64,000 nucleotides of DNA, from the IMG/VR virus record IMGVR_UViG_3300021376_000029, positions 1-64,000 of that record; one strand, given 5' to 3'. Origin of the DNA: a virus. Below, piece after piece: positions 1 through 9,841 of the stretch (position 1 is its first letter; each line of letters begins with the position of its first letter). The notes beneath the pieces are model-generated. The model was not told where the DNA came from, ran no database searches, and was given only the letters and a program-made list of their open reading frames with translations. Made by a program: the position numbers and the translations under genes.

Positions 1-2
1 TT

Positions 3-947
3 TCATTTAAACTCACACTCCATCATAATTTCCGTTAAACAAGCAAGTAAATTAATCTCCTGGTCAGCAGCAAATGCTGCCTGATATTGATACTTTGCAA
101 TCACAAGAACTGCAGCAGGAATTGTACTGGGAATGAGAGCATCATACATTGATTCATAAATTCTATGAATAACCATATTGAAGTCATTGTCTAGATTAGC
201 AACAACCCATTTACGAACAGTATTGAACTCTTTATTCTTCAAAGAAGTAATCAATTCCTTTATATTAACATCAGAAATCTCTACCAGAATTCCAGTGTCA
301 ATAGAACCAGTGTTACCATACTTCTGAAGTTGATTCAGCACACGACGCCAATCAGGGAAATGTTTCTGAATTAATTCAGCAACTACCTTAACATCGTACT
401 CAACACCTTCATCAGCCAAGATTTCCCGTGCTCGGTCAAAGAATTTGGCAGCGACGGATGCTCGCTCCTTTCCTTTGAAAGTGAAATCAATGACAGAGCA
501 ACGGGATTGGATTGGTTCAATGATTTTATTTTTGTAGTTGCAAGTGAAGATGAATCTACAGTTGCTATGATACGCCTCAATACTACTCCGTAGGAGGAGT
601 TGTACATCTGGGGTTGTGTTATCAGCTTCGTCAATAATAATGACCTTGTGTTTACCAGTCGCTTGAAGTGATACGGTTGTTGCAAAAATTTTTGCTGTGT
701 TCCGTACCGTGTCCAAAAATCGTCCTTCGTCAGATCCATTAATTACAATATAAGATAGTTTTAGTTCGTTACAGAGTGCTTTAGCAGCAGTGGTTTTACC
801 TACACCAGGAGGACCAGTGAGAAGAAGATTATTCAGTTCACCAGCACTCACCTGTTGTAGCAAATCTCGCTTGATATTATCAGGCAAGATACATTCTTCA
901 ATTGTCTGTGGGCGGTATTTCTCCACCCAAAGATACTTGTCTCGCAT
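3..947 (-). CDS. gp44: Clamp loader large subunit (RFC-like AAA+ ATPase)
   Basis: LWVEKYRP N-terminus, Walker A GPPGVGKT, Walker B IIIDEAD, SRC motif; follows gp45. Confidence 0.97.
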   Translation of the reverse strand: MRDKYLWVEKYRPQTIEECILPDNIKRDLLQQVSAGELNNLLLTGPPGVGKTTAAKALCNELKLSYIVINGSDEGRFLDTVRNTAKIFATTVSLQATGKHKVIIIDEADNTTPDVQLLLRSSIEAYHSNCRFIFTCNYKNKIIEPIQSRCSVIDFTFKGKERASVAAKFFDRAREILADEGVEYDVKVVAELIQKHFPDWRRVLNQLQKYGNTGSIDTGILVEISDVNIKELITSLKNKEFNTVRKWVVANLDNDFNMVIHRIYESMYDALIPSTIPAAVLVIAKYQYQAAFAADQEINLLACLTEIMMECEFK

Positions 948-964
948 TATATAAAAAGTAAAGG

Positions 965-1624
965 TCAGTTAGAATCAGGTTCCAGAGCAATCCAGTAGAT
1001 GACAGGAATGCTTTGATGAGTAAAGCGACTGATGAGACGCTTTGACATCACCACATCATAATCTCCTTTGAGGAGTTTGATGTTCTCCACCTTCAAGTTT
1101 AGCACGAACTCATCAGAGGTCTTGCCGACATTGACGGAAAAAGTGTTGGAAGTATCGTTCTCTTTATCACGAGCGACGATATTAATCTCATCACCATCAC
1201 CAATTACAGAGAAATCAGGCAGTTGATATACTGCTGCTGCTCGCTGCAGACTGTTCAGGTCAGATTCAGTCAAAACAAAACTCACATCTTCATCAGGAAG
1301 TTTGATTTCCTTTTCAGGTGCTTGTTTAATCAGACTGGAATCGGCAAAGAAGTATTTGATAGATGAACGATTGCTTTTAATGCGAACATAATCATTATCA
1401 CCAAACTCAATATCAGCACCCTTCATCAGGGACATTCCACCAAGAAACTCATTTAAGTCATAAATGGAAAAGTTTTGAGGGAACTTCTCTTCTACTTTTG
1501 CTACAGCAAAGATATTCTCTGCCACAGAAATAGTACGAAGAGTATTGCCTTCTTTCACAGAAATTGACTGGTTGATGCCAGAGAAGTTCTTGAGAATATT
1601 AAAAGTGTTTTCAGATAGTTTCAT
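965..1624 (-). CDS. gp45: Sliding clamp
   Basis: MKLSxxTxxILKNFSGINQSI start, IYDLNEFL, YWIALE end; synteny with gp44/gp46. Confidence 0.96.
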   Translation of the reverse strand: MKLSENTFNILKNFSGINQSISVKEGNTLRTISVAENIFAVAKVEEKFPQNFSIYDLNEFLGGMSLMKGADIEFGDNDYVRIKSNRSSIKYFFADSSLIKQAPEKEIKLPDEDVSFVLTESDLNSLQRAAAVYQLPDFSVIGDGDEINIVARDKENDTSNTFSVNVGKTSDEFVLNLKVENIKLLKGDYDVVMSKRLISRFTHQSIPVIYWIALEPDSN

Positions 1625-1626
1625 AA

Positions 1627-1938
1627 TTAGGATTTAAATTCAGTTAGACCGTTATCAGTGCGTGAGTAATGGCGATCAAAGTGAAGCAGTAGCATAGCAT
1701 AATGAATCACTTTAAGAAGGTCTCGCTTGTTACGACCATCCTTATCACCATAGCGGGAACCATACTTCAGGATATTTGCCTGACAGAAATCTGGTGCCAG
1801 ATCTTTTGCTGCCATTAGATCAATTGTTTGAATGTCCATATAGGCATCATTATGACCACAGTAGTGACTACCGTAGGTGCTCACAACATACTCCTCAACT
1901 TCTTTGAGGATTTTTTCCTCATTATACTTCCACTGCAT
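1627..1938 (-). CDS. DUF3310-like protein (T7 gp1.7 nucleotide kinase-like family)
   Basis: HY...NILKYxxRYGxKxG..DLLKVIHYA pattern. Confidence 0.7.
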   Translation of the reverse strand: MQWKYNEEKILKEVEEYVVSTYGSHYCGHNDAYMDIQTIDLMAAKDLAPDFCQANILKYGSRYGDKDGRNKRDLLKVIHYAMLLLHFDRHYSRTDNGLTEFKS

Positions 1939-3655
1939 TAGTCACTTCCTCCATTTTACTAAAGTTTTTTACTTTGTTGAACTTGAGAACCCGATCAAAT
2001 TTCTCAACCATGTGTTCCCTATGGGAAATGATAAAGAGATTTACCTCTTTGGTAAAAGTTCTCAGAATATATGATAACTCATCAGTGCCCGTGCTGTCAA
2101 GTGAACTGTCAAAAATTTCATCCAGAATCAGCAGGTTTGTATCCACACTGTTCTTAAGTTTTGCTACAGAACGCCAGGTCAACATCAGAGCGATGTCAAT
2201 ACGAGACTTTTCTCCTTCTGAGAACGACGAGTAACTGAACTCGTCCCGATAACGGGACTTAATGCTTTCTTCAAAACTTTCACTCAAGGTAAAGTTTACA
2301 AAGAAATCCATTTGCTGAAGATACTGATTGATGAGTTTGTTCATCACAGGTAGATATCGTTTGATAATCCTAGTTTTAATACCAGTGTCCTTCAGTAGGT
2401 TAGCGGCAACGCTATAATAATCTTTATTTTCTTTATGTGCAGCAAGAATGCCTTCATAGTTCTTTAGTTGTTTTTCAAGTTTTTTTAAGACTTGATATTC
2501 TTCACCAGAGTTATCTTTTTGTTGATTGAGTTCATCAATCTCTTTTTCAAGTTCGTTGATTTGACCCTGAAGATGATTGATAAGATTATTATTTTTATCA
2601 ATCTGAGAATATTTACTAGTAATATCTGAACTAATTGATTTGAACGTGATGAGTTGTTCTTTCACCTTTTCCATTTCTTCTTCTAGTTTACCCCAAGCAA
2701 TCTCTGTTTCTTTGAGTACGCTTTCATTTTTATTGATTTTATCTAACTTGAAATGTTTATCAATACCCTGTTTACAGGTAGGACAGTTATCGTTGTCTTT
2801 ATAAAATTTATTTTCTTTGATTAAATTATCAACTTTATTTTTAAATTTAAATTTAAATTCTTTTAAATTGTCAAACTTATTTACAACTTTATCCTGACCA
2901 TCTAGTTGAGATTGTTTTTCAGATATATAAGAGTTCAAATCCGTATTCTCCTCAAGAAGAAAGTATGATTTTTTTCTGAACTCTTCAATCTTATTAAATT
3001 TATCTTGAATAATACTTTCGCTTTTGTTTTCCAGTTCCTTGATCATATTAGTTTGAAGAACAATCTTGTGATTGGTCAAATCAATATTGTTTTCTGTGAA
3101 GCGAATATCGTCTGCTAATCGCTTCATTCTATCCTTTAAGTTAGTATTCATCAGACTGAACACCTGAATATCCAGGAGGTCCTCAATAATTTCACGGCGA
3201 GATGCCAGAGGTAACTGCATAAAGGGAACAAAGGTAGAAGAACCCAGAACAACAATCTGCGTAAAGGATTTATAATTTAGTTTGAGAATTGTTTGTTCTA
3301 AGAATTTCTGCTGATCTCCTGTAGCAGCATCTTGATTGAGCATCTGACCATTGATATAAAGCTGAAAAATATTAGGTTTCATACCACGGACAACTTTATA
3401 ATCTTTTTTACCAATAGAAAAGTCTACCTCCACCACACATTCTTTTTCATTGATGGAGTTAACTAACTGCGGTTTATTAATCTTTCGGAATGGTTTATTA
3501 AACAGCACAAAAGTAAGAGCATCCAGAATGGTACTCTTACCCGCACCATTAGTACCTACAATAATACTGTTATGATGACTATCTAAAGATATCTCAGTAA
3601 AAGTATTTCCAGCAGAAAGAAAGTTTTTAAATCGTACAGTTTTAAATAAAATCAT
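1922..3655 (-). CDS. gp46: Recombination endonuclease ATPase subunit (Rad50/SbcC-like)
   Basis: Walker A GTNGAGKS, coiled coil with CPTC zinc hook, FSEGE signature, LLILDEIFD, ISH. Confidence 0.97.
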   Translation of the reverse strand: MILFKTVRFKNFLSAGNTFTEISLDSHHNSIIVGTNGAGKSTILDALTFVLFNKPFRKINKPQLVNSINEKECVVEVDFSIGKKDYKVVRGMKPNIFQLYINGQMLNQDAATGDQQKFLEQTILKLNYKSFTQIVVLGSSTFVPFMQLPLASRREIIEDLLDIQVFSLMNTNLKDRMKRLADDIRFTENNIDLTNHKIVLQTNMIKELENKSESIIQDKFNKIEEFRKKSYFLLEENTDLNSYISEKQSQLDGQDKVVNKFDNLKEFKFKFKNKVDNLIKENKFYKDNDNCPTCKQGIDKHFKLDKINKNESVLKETEIAWGKLEEEMEKVKEQLITFKSISSDITSKYSQIDKNNNLINHLQGQINELEKEIDELNQQKDNSGEEYQVLKKLEKQLKNYEGILAAHKENKDYYSVAANLLKDTGIKTRIIKRYLPVMNKLINQYLQQMDFFVNFTLSESFEESIKSRYRDEFSYSSFSEGEKSRIDIALMLTWRSVAKLKNSVDTNLLILDEIFDSSLDSTGTDELSYILRTFTKEVNLFIISHREHMVEKFDRVLKFNKVKNFSKMEEVTNAVEV

Positions 3656-3918
3656 AATTCATTATTTTCAGGAGGAATAATAAGTTCATCAGGAGACACA
3701 ATCATATAATCATATCCTGTTTTGTTGCACATTTCCATCATACCATCTGGGTCAACCTCTACAGCAATTAATGACGGAAAATCATCTGCCTCTAGAAGAC
3801 CAGCATATCTAACGGCATCATCTTCTTCTTCAAACATCAGAAGAATTCTATGACCTTGCTGGTTTGATATCGCATAAGCACCTTCATCTTCTTTCCCCCT
3901 GAGGCATAAAATGTACAT
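3652..3918 (-). CDS. Small conserved cyanophage protein (DUF3110-like)
   Basis: EGAYA...LMFEEEDDAxRYAGLLEADDFP pattern; lies between gp47 and gp46. Confidence 0.65.
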   Translation of the reverse strand: MYILCLRGKEDEGAYAISNQQGHRILLMFEEEDDAVRYAGLLEADDFPSLIAVEVDPDGMMEMCNKTGYDYMIVSPDELIIPPENNEL

Positions 3919-4967
3919 TATACCACCTCCAGTGCCTCCACATAAAGAGATTTCATAATTTCTTTTAATTTAATCAAATCTAAATTAACATTTAATTCAT
4001 CAATATATTTTTCCAAAATAGTGACAGTATCTTCATGTTCTAGTTGAACATCATCATTATCTTCCTCAGTATCAGTAGAAAAGTCTTCTATGATCTTAAG
4101 ATCAAGAACATAATCTTGAATACTATTCACAATATATTCAAATTGTGTATAGTCATTTTTGTTTTCTACCACTAATTTAACACACGTATTTTTATATTGA
4201 CTTAGATCTAATTCATAGTAATCATTTTTACTATCATCATAAAAAATCTTATAAAACATTTCATAAGGATTTTGAACGTAAGTTAACTTAAGAGTTTTAG
4301 TGTCAAAGATATGAAATCCTCTACGATCATCATAGTCGTTCCAATACATTTGATAGGGATTCCCCAGGTACTGAACATTTCCTTTTTTACTTTTTGTATG
4401 GAAATGACCAGACATTACCAACTTAAATTGGTCAAATATTTCAGAATTATAACCATGCTCGCAAGTCCATTTTGGATTAGCTGCAAATCCTTTTAATTCT
4501 AAATGACCCATCACAATTTCTGCTTTAGTAGTATGAATTAAGTCAAGAGTTTTTTCTTCATTCTCCGAACAAATCCATGGCAGATATAGAATTTCTCTGT
4601 CTCCTATCTTAACTTCAGTAGGTCTACTATACACACGAAGATTACTATATTCCATGAGCAAACACTCCACAGAATTAATCTCTAAAGTGTTCTTATAAAA
4701 TGCATCATGATTACCAACCATAATGTCACATGTGACACCCATACTTTCCAGAGTGTCAAAAATATTTTGCTTTGCCCAATTCAGACTCCAGAAATCAATC
4801 TGACGACGAATATCAAACACATCACCCATGTGAATAACGTGCTTGATTTTATTCTTCAATAGAGTTGGGAAAAATACATCATCATAAAAACGTTTGAAGT
4901 AATCATGATAATCTTGATTACCTTTCTTGAATCCATAATGTGTATCAGTAATGATAGCAACTTTCAT
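3918..4967 (-). CDS. gp47: Recombination endonuclease nuclease subunit (Mre11/SbcD-like)
   Basis: Metallophosphoesterase motifs DTH, GDVFD, GNHD, GH, SGHFH. Confidence 0.97.
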   Translation of the reverse strand: MKVAIITDTHYGFKKGNQDYHDYFKRFYDDVFFPTLLKNKIKHVIHMGDVFDIRRQIDFWSLNWAKQNIFDTLESMGVTCDIMVGNHDAFYKNTLEINSVECLLMEYSNLRVYSRPTEVKIGDREILYLPWICSENEEKTLDLIHTTKAEIVMGHLELKGFAANPKWTCEHGYNSEIFDQFKLVMSGHFHTKSKKGNVQYLGNPYQMYWNDYDDRRGFHIFDTKTLKLTYVQNPYEMFYKIFYDDSKNDYYELDLSQYKNTCVKLVVENKNDYTQFEYIVNSIQDYVLDLKIIEDFSTDTEEDNDDVQLEHEDTVTILEKYIDELNVNLDLIKLKEIMKSLYVEALEVV

Positions 4968-5440
4968 TTTCTAGTTTTTTGCTCAATGGATTGTTTAATG
5001 CCGTTGTAATCTGAACTGGAAAAATTCAACTCATTACGATCTGCATATAATACTTCATCATACCCAGATCTTTCCAGAATTTTAGATTTAATTTCTAATT
5101 GCTTTTTTTCTTTTTGTATCCTTCTGAGAAAAGCATAGTAGATAATTTGAGTAAAGTAGGCAAATGGATTACCTCTGTCTGGGTCAAAGTTATCAATATA
5201 CTGAACACAATTTTCAATTCCATCACTAATCATATCCTCTCGGAAAGGATAGTTAATGAAGTTTGGGCGATAAGAAAGATGAGTCGCAATTTTCAGAAAG
5301 CATTCTCCAATATAATTTGGAATCATAGGGCGAGTGGTGCCATCTGTCAATGCTGCATTAACTTTATTTTTATATGCAGACAGTGCAGATAAGAATTCCT
5401 TATTGTCTACATAATGCTCTGGTTTCTTTTTGACTCTCAT
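4964..5440 (-). CDS. gp55: Late transcription sigma factor
   Basis: HYVDNKEF, YIGECFLKIA, NFINY, MISDGIENC, NPFAYFTQI. Confidence 0.97.
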   Translation of the reverse strand: MRVKKKPEHYVDNKEFLSALSAYKNKVNAALTDGTTRPMIPNYIGECFLKIATHLSYRPNFINYPFREDMISDGIENCVQYIDNFDPDRGNPFAYFTQIIYYAFLRRIQKEKKQLEIKSKILERSGYDEVLYADRNELNFSSSDYNGIKQSIEQKTRK

Positions 5441-5473
5441 TAGTTTCCATTATCCTTAATTGAATGTGAATAC

Positions 5474-5503
5474 ATTATAACACACTTCACGAGGGCTTGA
5501 CAA
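5474..5503 (-). promoter_or_regulatory. Sigma70-like promoter for gp55
   Basis: Minus strand TTGTCA (5498-5503), 18 bp, extended TGnTATAAT (-10 at 5474-5479). Confidence 0.7.
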
Positions 5504-5525
5504 GAATCAAAATTATGAGTAGGAT
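5497..5525 (+). promoter_or_regulatory. Divergent sigma70-like promoter pointing antisense into the uvsW operon
   Basis: TTGACA (5497-5502), 17 bp, TAGGAT (5520-5525); no plus-strand gene downstream. Confidence 0.55.
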
Positions 5526-5558
5526 AACTCTGTCAAGGTTCAAAGTTAATAATAGCTT

Positions 5559-5957
5559 TTAATAATCATCAAATAATTTTTCAAATTTAATACGTGCCTC
5601 TTTGACCGTACTTTTATTACCATTATATCTTTCTCTCTTTTTTACTCTTGGTGGTCTTTTATCTGCTCTAGATATATCTACCACTGCTTTTTTATAAAAA
5701 CTTAATCCAGGTTCTTTTAATTCGCTTATAGTAATAATTTTATTATCATTAATAAAAAGAGTATCATCAGTGGATGATTTTAACCATTTTGAAAGTTTTA
5801 AACTTACATTACCTGTATCTATAATACCTTCAAAGATACTCATGTCTTCAAGCAATAAAGAGTTTTCAATAGTAATGCCATCATCAAACACACTAATTAG
5901 ACCGAGAATTTCTTCCCCTGTGATAAGTTTTACTGTGGCAAAAAATTCATCATTCAT
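5559..5957 (-). CDS. Conserved hypothetical protein (possible Sm-like N-terminal domain)
   Basis: FFATVKLITGEEILG start; ATGA overlap with uvsW. Confidence 0.7.
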   Translation of the reverse strand: MNDEFFATVKLITGEEILGLISVFDDGITIENSLLLEDMSIFEGIIDTGNVSLKLSKWLKSSTDDTLFINDNKIITISELKEPGLSFYKKAVVDISRADKRPPRVKKRERYNGNKSTVKEARIKFEKLFDDY

Positions 5958-7420
5958 TTTTTTATGTTTACTGGAATAATTTCGTAGTTAAAATTCTCCT
6001 CATTATAAATCTTGATTCTTTCTTTTAGGTGATTCAAAGTGTAATTGTTATAGTTACCTTTTGAAAAATCATCAGCAATATCATAAAGAACTGCTTGTGA
6101 CTTGTTTTCTCCTTTCCTCAACACCCTACCAATTGATTGTAGGTTTCTGATTCTTGATTTACTAGGAGATGCAAATATAATATTATGAAGGTTCTTAATA
6201 TTAATGCCAGTAGAGAATGTTCCGTAACTAGCAATAATAATGCAATTATTTTGTTGTTCCGTTAGTTGACGGATTTGTTCTCGTTTTTCGGCTTCTACAC
6301 CACCATGAACAAAAAAAACTTTTCGTTCTAACCCGATGGTACTATTTATAAGGTCATAAAGTGGTTCACCGTGTTTCTCTACATAATTAAAAAGTACCAG
6401 AGTGTTTCCTTTTAAATCACGAACAAGATTACGAGTGAATACATTTCGTTTCTGATGTGATACGATATAGTTCATTTCATCTTGATAGTTAGGGAATCTG
6501 AATGATTCGTGCTTTAATAAAAGAATTTTAATTTTTAGATCAGACAGTTGACCACGTTTCATAAGGTCAGCGGTATTGGTGACTTTGTTTGAAAGTCCAA
6601 ACAGACCCTCCAAGACTAAACGATGTGTTTTAGTTCCATCTAGAGTTCCAGTGAAACCAATCCTATACTTTGCCTCATGCAGTTTAGTCATAATGCTTGT
6701 GAGAGATTTTGCCTTAAAAGTATGGCACTCATCTCCAATCACTGCAGTATAACTGTCAAAATATTTCTTGGGAAGTTTGTAGATACTTTGCCAAGTAGTT
6801 ATGACTACAGGCATATCAGATAGTTTTGCTTCACCACCATAAATTTGATGGCAGTAATTTTCTGCATCCCATCCGTAATCAACAAAATCATTAAACAGTT
6901 GCGTGACCAATGATATGGTAGGTACAACAATAAGAGTCTTAAGATTGGCGGCAGTGAAGTATCGTATCAAAGAATAAATCATAAATGATTTACCAGAACC
7001 AGTTGGCGATAGAATAATCCTGCGATAATTCTTCAGTCCTTTGTAGACTGCATCATACTGATAGTCTCGTGGTTTAATCTTTGGCGTAAGGTAGTCCATA
7101 TATTCCTTAATCGCTTCTCTAGAGATATAAGGATTTGTTTCATCAGGTTTACCATAAAATTTATTGTCTTCAAATGCACAGGTGTACTCTCGTTCCTCTG
7201 CCCACTCCATAAGGTAAGACAATAATCCGATGTACAGTTCTCCGTTAGATGGACTGAATAAACGAATTTTTCCATCCCACATTCTGTTTTTGAACTGTGG
7301 CATAAACTTGGCATCAGGTACTTCAAATGTAAAGTATTCTGAGAGTTCATATTTGATGTGTGGTTCACATTCAAGTTGAAAGTAAACTTCATTGCGCTTT
7401 TGAATAGTAATGTCTGCCAT
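5954..7420 (-). CDS. uvsW: SF2 DNA/RNA helicase
   Basis: PRDYQ, SPTGSGKS, GDECH, TGT, STGINI, QSIGRVLR motifs. Confidence 0.97.
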   Translation of the reverse strand: MADITIQKRNEVYFQLECEPHIKYELSEYFTFEVPDAKFMPQFKNRMWDGKIRLFSPSNGELYIGLLSYLMEWAEEREYTCAFEDNKFYGKPDETNPYISREAIKEYMDYLTPKIKPRDYQYDAVYKGLKNYRRIILSPTGSGKSFMIYSLIRYFTAANLKTLIVVPTISLVTQLFNDFVDYGWDAENYCHQIYGGEAKLSDMPVVITTWQSIYKLPKKYFDSYTAVIGDECHTFKAKSLTSIMTKLHEAKYRIGFTGTLDGTKTHRLVLEGLFGLSNKVTNTADLMKRGQLSDLKIKILLLKHESFRFPNYQDEMNYIVSHQKRNVFTRNLVRDLKGNTLVLFNYVEKHGEPLYDLINSTIGLERKVFFVHGGVEAEKREQIRQLTEQQNNCIIIASYGTFSTGINIKNLHNIIFASPSKSRIRNLQSIGRVLRKGENKSQAVLYDIADDFSKGNYNNYTLNHLKERIKIYNEENFNYEIIPVNIKK

Positions 7421-7848
7421 TAAGTAATACCGTCAATATATGATTTCCATTGGATAGCATTTTTGATTTGGTATGAACGATTAGAAATCATTTTAATTAC
7501 TCCATCTAGGTATTCAATAATGATTTCATACATATCAATCTTTAGTTGTAGGTCTTTAATCTCTGGATCCGATTCAATGTATAGTGATAAATCTGTTTTA
7601 AGAATTTTTAAATCAAAAGGATTTTCTTTATACTTTTCAGGTTCTGCTTTGCCTGTATAGTATTCAAATTTTTTGCGAGTTAATTGTTTAAGATTAAGCG
7701 TTGCTTGTTTTTTCTTAAATCTGTAGTCTGAAAAAATTTTAAAATATTTTGCGTGTAACGAAGGAATAGATAGAGAAGCAGTATCCAGTTCTACGGGGTC
7801 AATCTTAGAATCCTGCTCCCACATCGTTTGAATTTCATCAAAAGTCAT
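7420..7848 (-). CDS. uvsY: Recombination mediator protein
   Basis: SLHAKY, EYYTGKA, NRSYQIKNAIQW; upstream of uvsW. Confidence 0.93.
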   Translation of the reverse strand: MTFDEIQTMWEQDSKIDPVELDTASLSIPSLHAKYFKIFSDYRFKKKQATLNLKQLTRKKFEYYTGKAEPEKYKENPFDLKILKTDLSLYIESDPEIKDLQLKIDMYEIIIEYLDGVIKMISNRSYQIKNAIQWKSYIDGIT

Positions 7849-8366
7849 TAACTAATCACAACTCCATTTTTGTTCTTAATTCTATATATCTTATATTTAA
7901 AAGTCGCCTGAGCAACCATGTACTCTACGTTTTGATCAGTAACATCAAAGTCAAGTGGAGTTAATGAAATGGGAAATAAATTTTCAAACTCTACTATAAT
8001 TGATGGTCTCCAATTGCTATTAAGTATTTCTAAAATACCGTTTCCTTCAATAGGATATCTATCAGTATCAAAATTTTCTGCTAATCCAGTTTTACGCAAC
8101 CATTTATGAATAGTTGAATAGTTAGTCATATCTTCATCAACTAAAAATTTTACATTAAGATCTTCAAATTCAGTTTCAGTTCCAGCAACTGAATAATCTC
8201 TGAAGGGGTTTGCAACTGTAATATCAGGAATACTGATACCAGGAATATTTGCTGACTGACAGAAGAAAGATACTTTTGGGAAATTAATTAAAGATAATTT
8301 AAATCCGTTTGGGGCAAGAAAATTTCTATTTTGAATACGATCTTTAACCCACTTTGATTGTGACAT
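7848..8366 (-). CDS. gp3: Tail completion / tube terminator protein
   Basis: NRNFLAPxGF, FFCQSANIPGI, FLVDEDMxNY, FENLFPISL; follows gp23. Confidence 0.9.
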   Translation of the reverse strand: MSQSKWVKDRIQNRNFLAPNGFKLSLINFPKVSFFCQSANIPGISIPDITVANPFRDYSVAGTETEFEDLNVKFLVDEDMTNYSTIHKWLRKTGLAENFDTDRYPIEGNGILEILNSNWRPSIIVEFENLFPISLTPLDFDVTDQNVEYMVAQATFKYKIYRIKNKNGVVIS

Positions 8367-8378
8367 TTTAAATAAAAA

Positions 8379-8384
8379 TATTTA
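8379..8384 (-). promoter_or_regulatory. Late promoter (TAAATA) for gp3
   Basis: CTAAATA on minus strand just after the gp23 terminator. Confidence 0.6.
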
Positions 8385-8387
8385 GAT

Positions 8388-8412
8388 AAAAAAAACCCCT
8401 CGTGAGAGGGGT
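8388..8412 (-). terminator. Intrinsic terminator after gp23
   Basis: ACCCCTC-TCAC-GAGGGGT stem-loop followed by a T run on the minus strand. Confidence 0.9.
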
Positions 8413-8436
8413 CCAGGAGCGTCTGTAAGAAAAGAA

Positions 8437-9792
8437 TCACATCAAGTTGGTGACTCTTACACGACGGTAGTAAACGTTGGTAGAGAGGTTTCCTGATGCT
8501 ACTGGATCAGAATCTACAAGTGCAGTCTCACCCTTTGCGAATGGATTCAGGACCATGCCGTAGCGAGTCTTGAAGCCAATCTTGGGCTGGAAGGTATCCT
8601 GACCGATTGCACGTACCATCTGGAGAGGTACATATGGGCAATAGAACAGACCAGCATCATAAGGGGAAGTACCCTTATAACCAGCGATGAAGAATTGAGC
8701 AGCAGTGTTACCCTCTGAAGGCAGTGCCGAATAAGGATCAATATAAACCTTAATACGACCGTTCAGAGTACCAACAAAGGTGTTGCCAGTGTCATCAACG
8801 TTCAGGTTGGTGTTGAGAGCAGGGGTGTAATCCAGAACACCTGCCATTGACAGAGCTGATGCAACATCTGAAGAACAGATGAGCATATTGCCCTTCCCTC
8901 TACGAGTCTCTTTAGCGATAGCGTTCATTTCACGCTCAATCTGGAACAGAAGACCCTTGAACTTCTCAACTGACCAACGACCGTTGGAGTCAACATCAAG
9001 GTCAAAAGTACCTTGAGTTGCAACGTTCTGCTGAGCACCAGCTTTAGCGGAACGGAATACTGTACGAACAACTTCACGATTGATTTCAGTGAGGATTTCA
9101 GCCGAAAGGATGTTTGCCAGTTCGGTTTCAGCATCCAGACCATGAATTGCCTTCAGATCTTGTGCGAGTTCAATGCTATATTCTGCTTTCAGTGCGCGTG
9201 ACTTAGCAGTAACAGCAATCTTCTCAATGCTAAATGCCATTTCTGGGAATGCATTGTTTGCTGCATCACCGAGAGCTTCTGCGGTTGCAGTGCTCATTGC
9301 TGAACCAGAGGTATAAGTACCTGAAGCGTTCAGAACAGCAGGGTTGGTGCCTGACTGTGCAGTACCAGTTGAACCAGAAGCGGTTACATAAGGTGAACCA
9401 GAGAACTGACCATTTACTTCGTTGAAGAAAGTCTCGGTGCCAGTCTGACTATCATAGCGTGAACGCATTGCAAAGATGAGTCCAGTAGGACCGTTCATTG
9501 GTTGAACACCACAGATATCATAAGCAATCAGGTTAGGCATTGAACGACGGATCAATGAGATCAGTACGGGATCAAAACCTGCAATGTTGCCAGTGCCTGT
9601 GGTTTGAGTATTGATAGGACCGTGGTTAGTAGGTGCAGCCTCGGTCAGCATTCTCTCCTCACGGAGGAATTTTTCTTGGTTTTCAAGCAGGATTGAAGTG
9701 ACGGCTTTTTTGTAATTATCCTTAATCTCGGGCAGATTGCCGTGAGACAGAACAGGTGCCCACTTTTCCTGCAGATGCTCGGTATTGAACAT
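8437..9792 (-). CDS. gp23: Major capsid protein
   Basis: EKWAPVL, FDPVLISLIRR, GVQPMNGPTG, SRALKAEYS, FYCPYVPL, GFKTRYG. Confidence 0.99.
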   Translation of the reverse strand: MFNTEHLQEKWAPVLSHGNLPEIKDNYKKAVTSILLENQEKFLREERMLTEAAPTNHGPINTQTTGTGNIAGFDPVLISLIRRSMPNLIAYDICGVQPMNGPTGLIFAMRSRYDSQTGTETFFNEVNGQFSGSPYVTASGSTGTAQSGTNPAVLNASGTYTSGSAMSTATAEALGDAANNAFPEMAFSIEKIAVTAKSRALKAEYSIELAQDLKAIHGLDAETELANILSAEILTEINREVVRTVFRSAKAGAQQNVATQGTFDLDVDSNGRWSVEKFKGLLFQIEREMNAIAKETRRGKGNMLICSSDVASALSMAGVLDYTPALNTNLNVDDTGNTFVGTLNGRIKVYIDPYSALPSEGNTAAQFFIAGYKGTSPYDAGLFYCPYVPLQMVRAIGQDTFQPKIGFKTRYGMVLNPFAKGETALVDSDPVASGNLSTNVYYRRVRVTNLM

Positions 9793-9831
9793 TTGCTTTA
9801 ACTCCTTGGAAAATGTTAGGTAGGTTTGAAC

Positions 9832-9839
9832 TATTTATA
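9832..9839 (-). promoter_or_regulatory. Late promoter TATAAATA for gp23
   Basis: Exact T4 late consensus, followed by an AGGAG RBS. Confidence 0.85.
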
Positions 9840-9841
9840 AA

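Noticed and set aside
5508-5536. Second minus-strand promoter from TTGACA at 5531-5536
   Set aside because: There is no acceptable -10 at 16-18 bp spacing.
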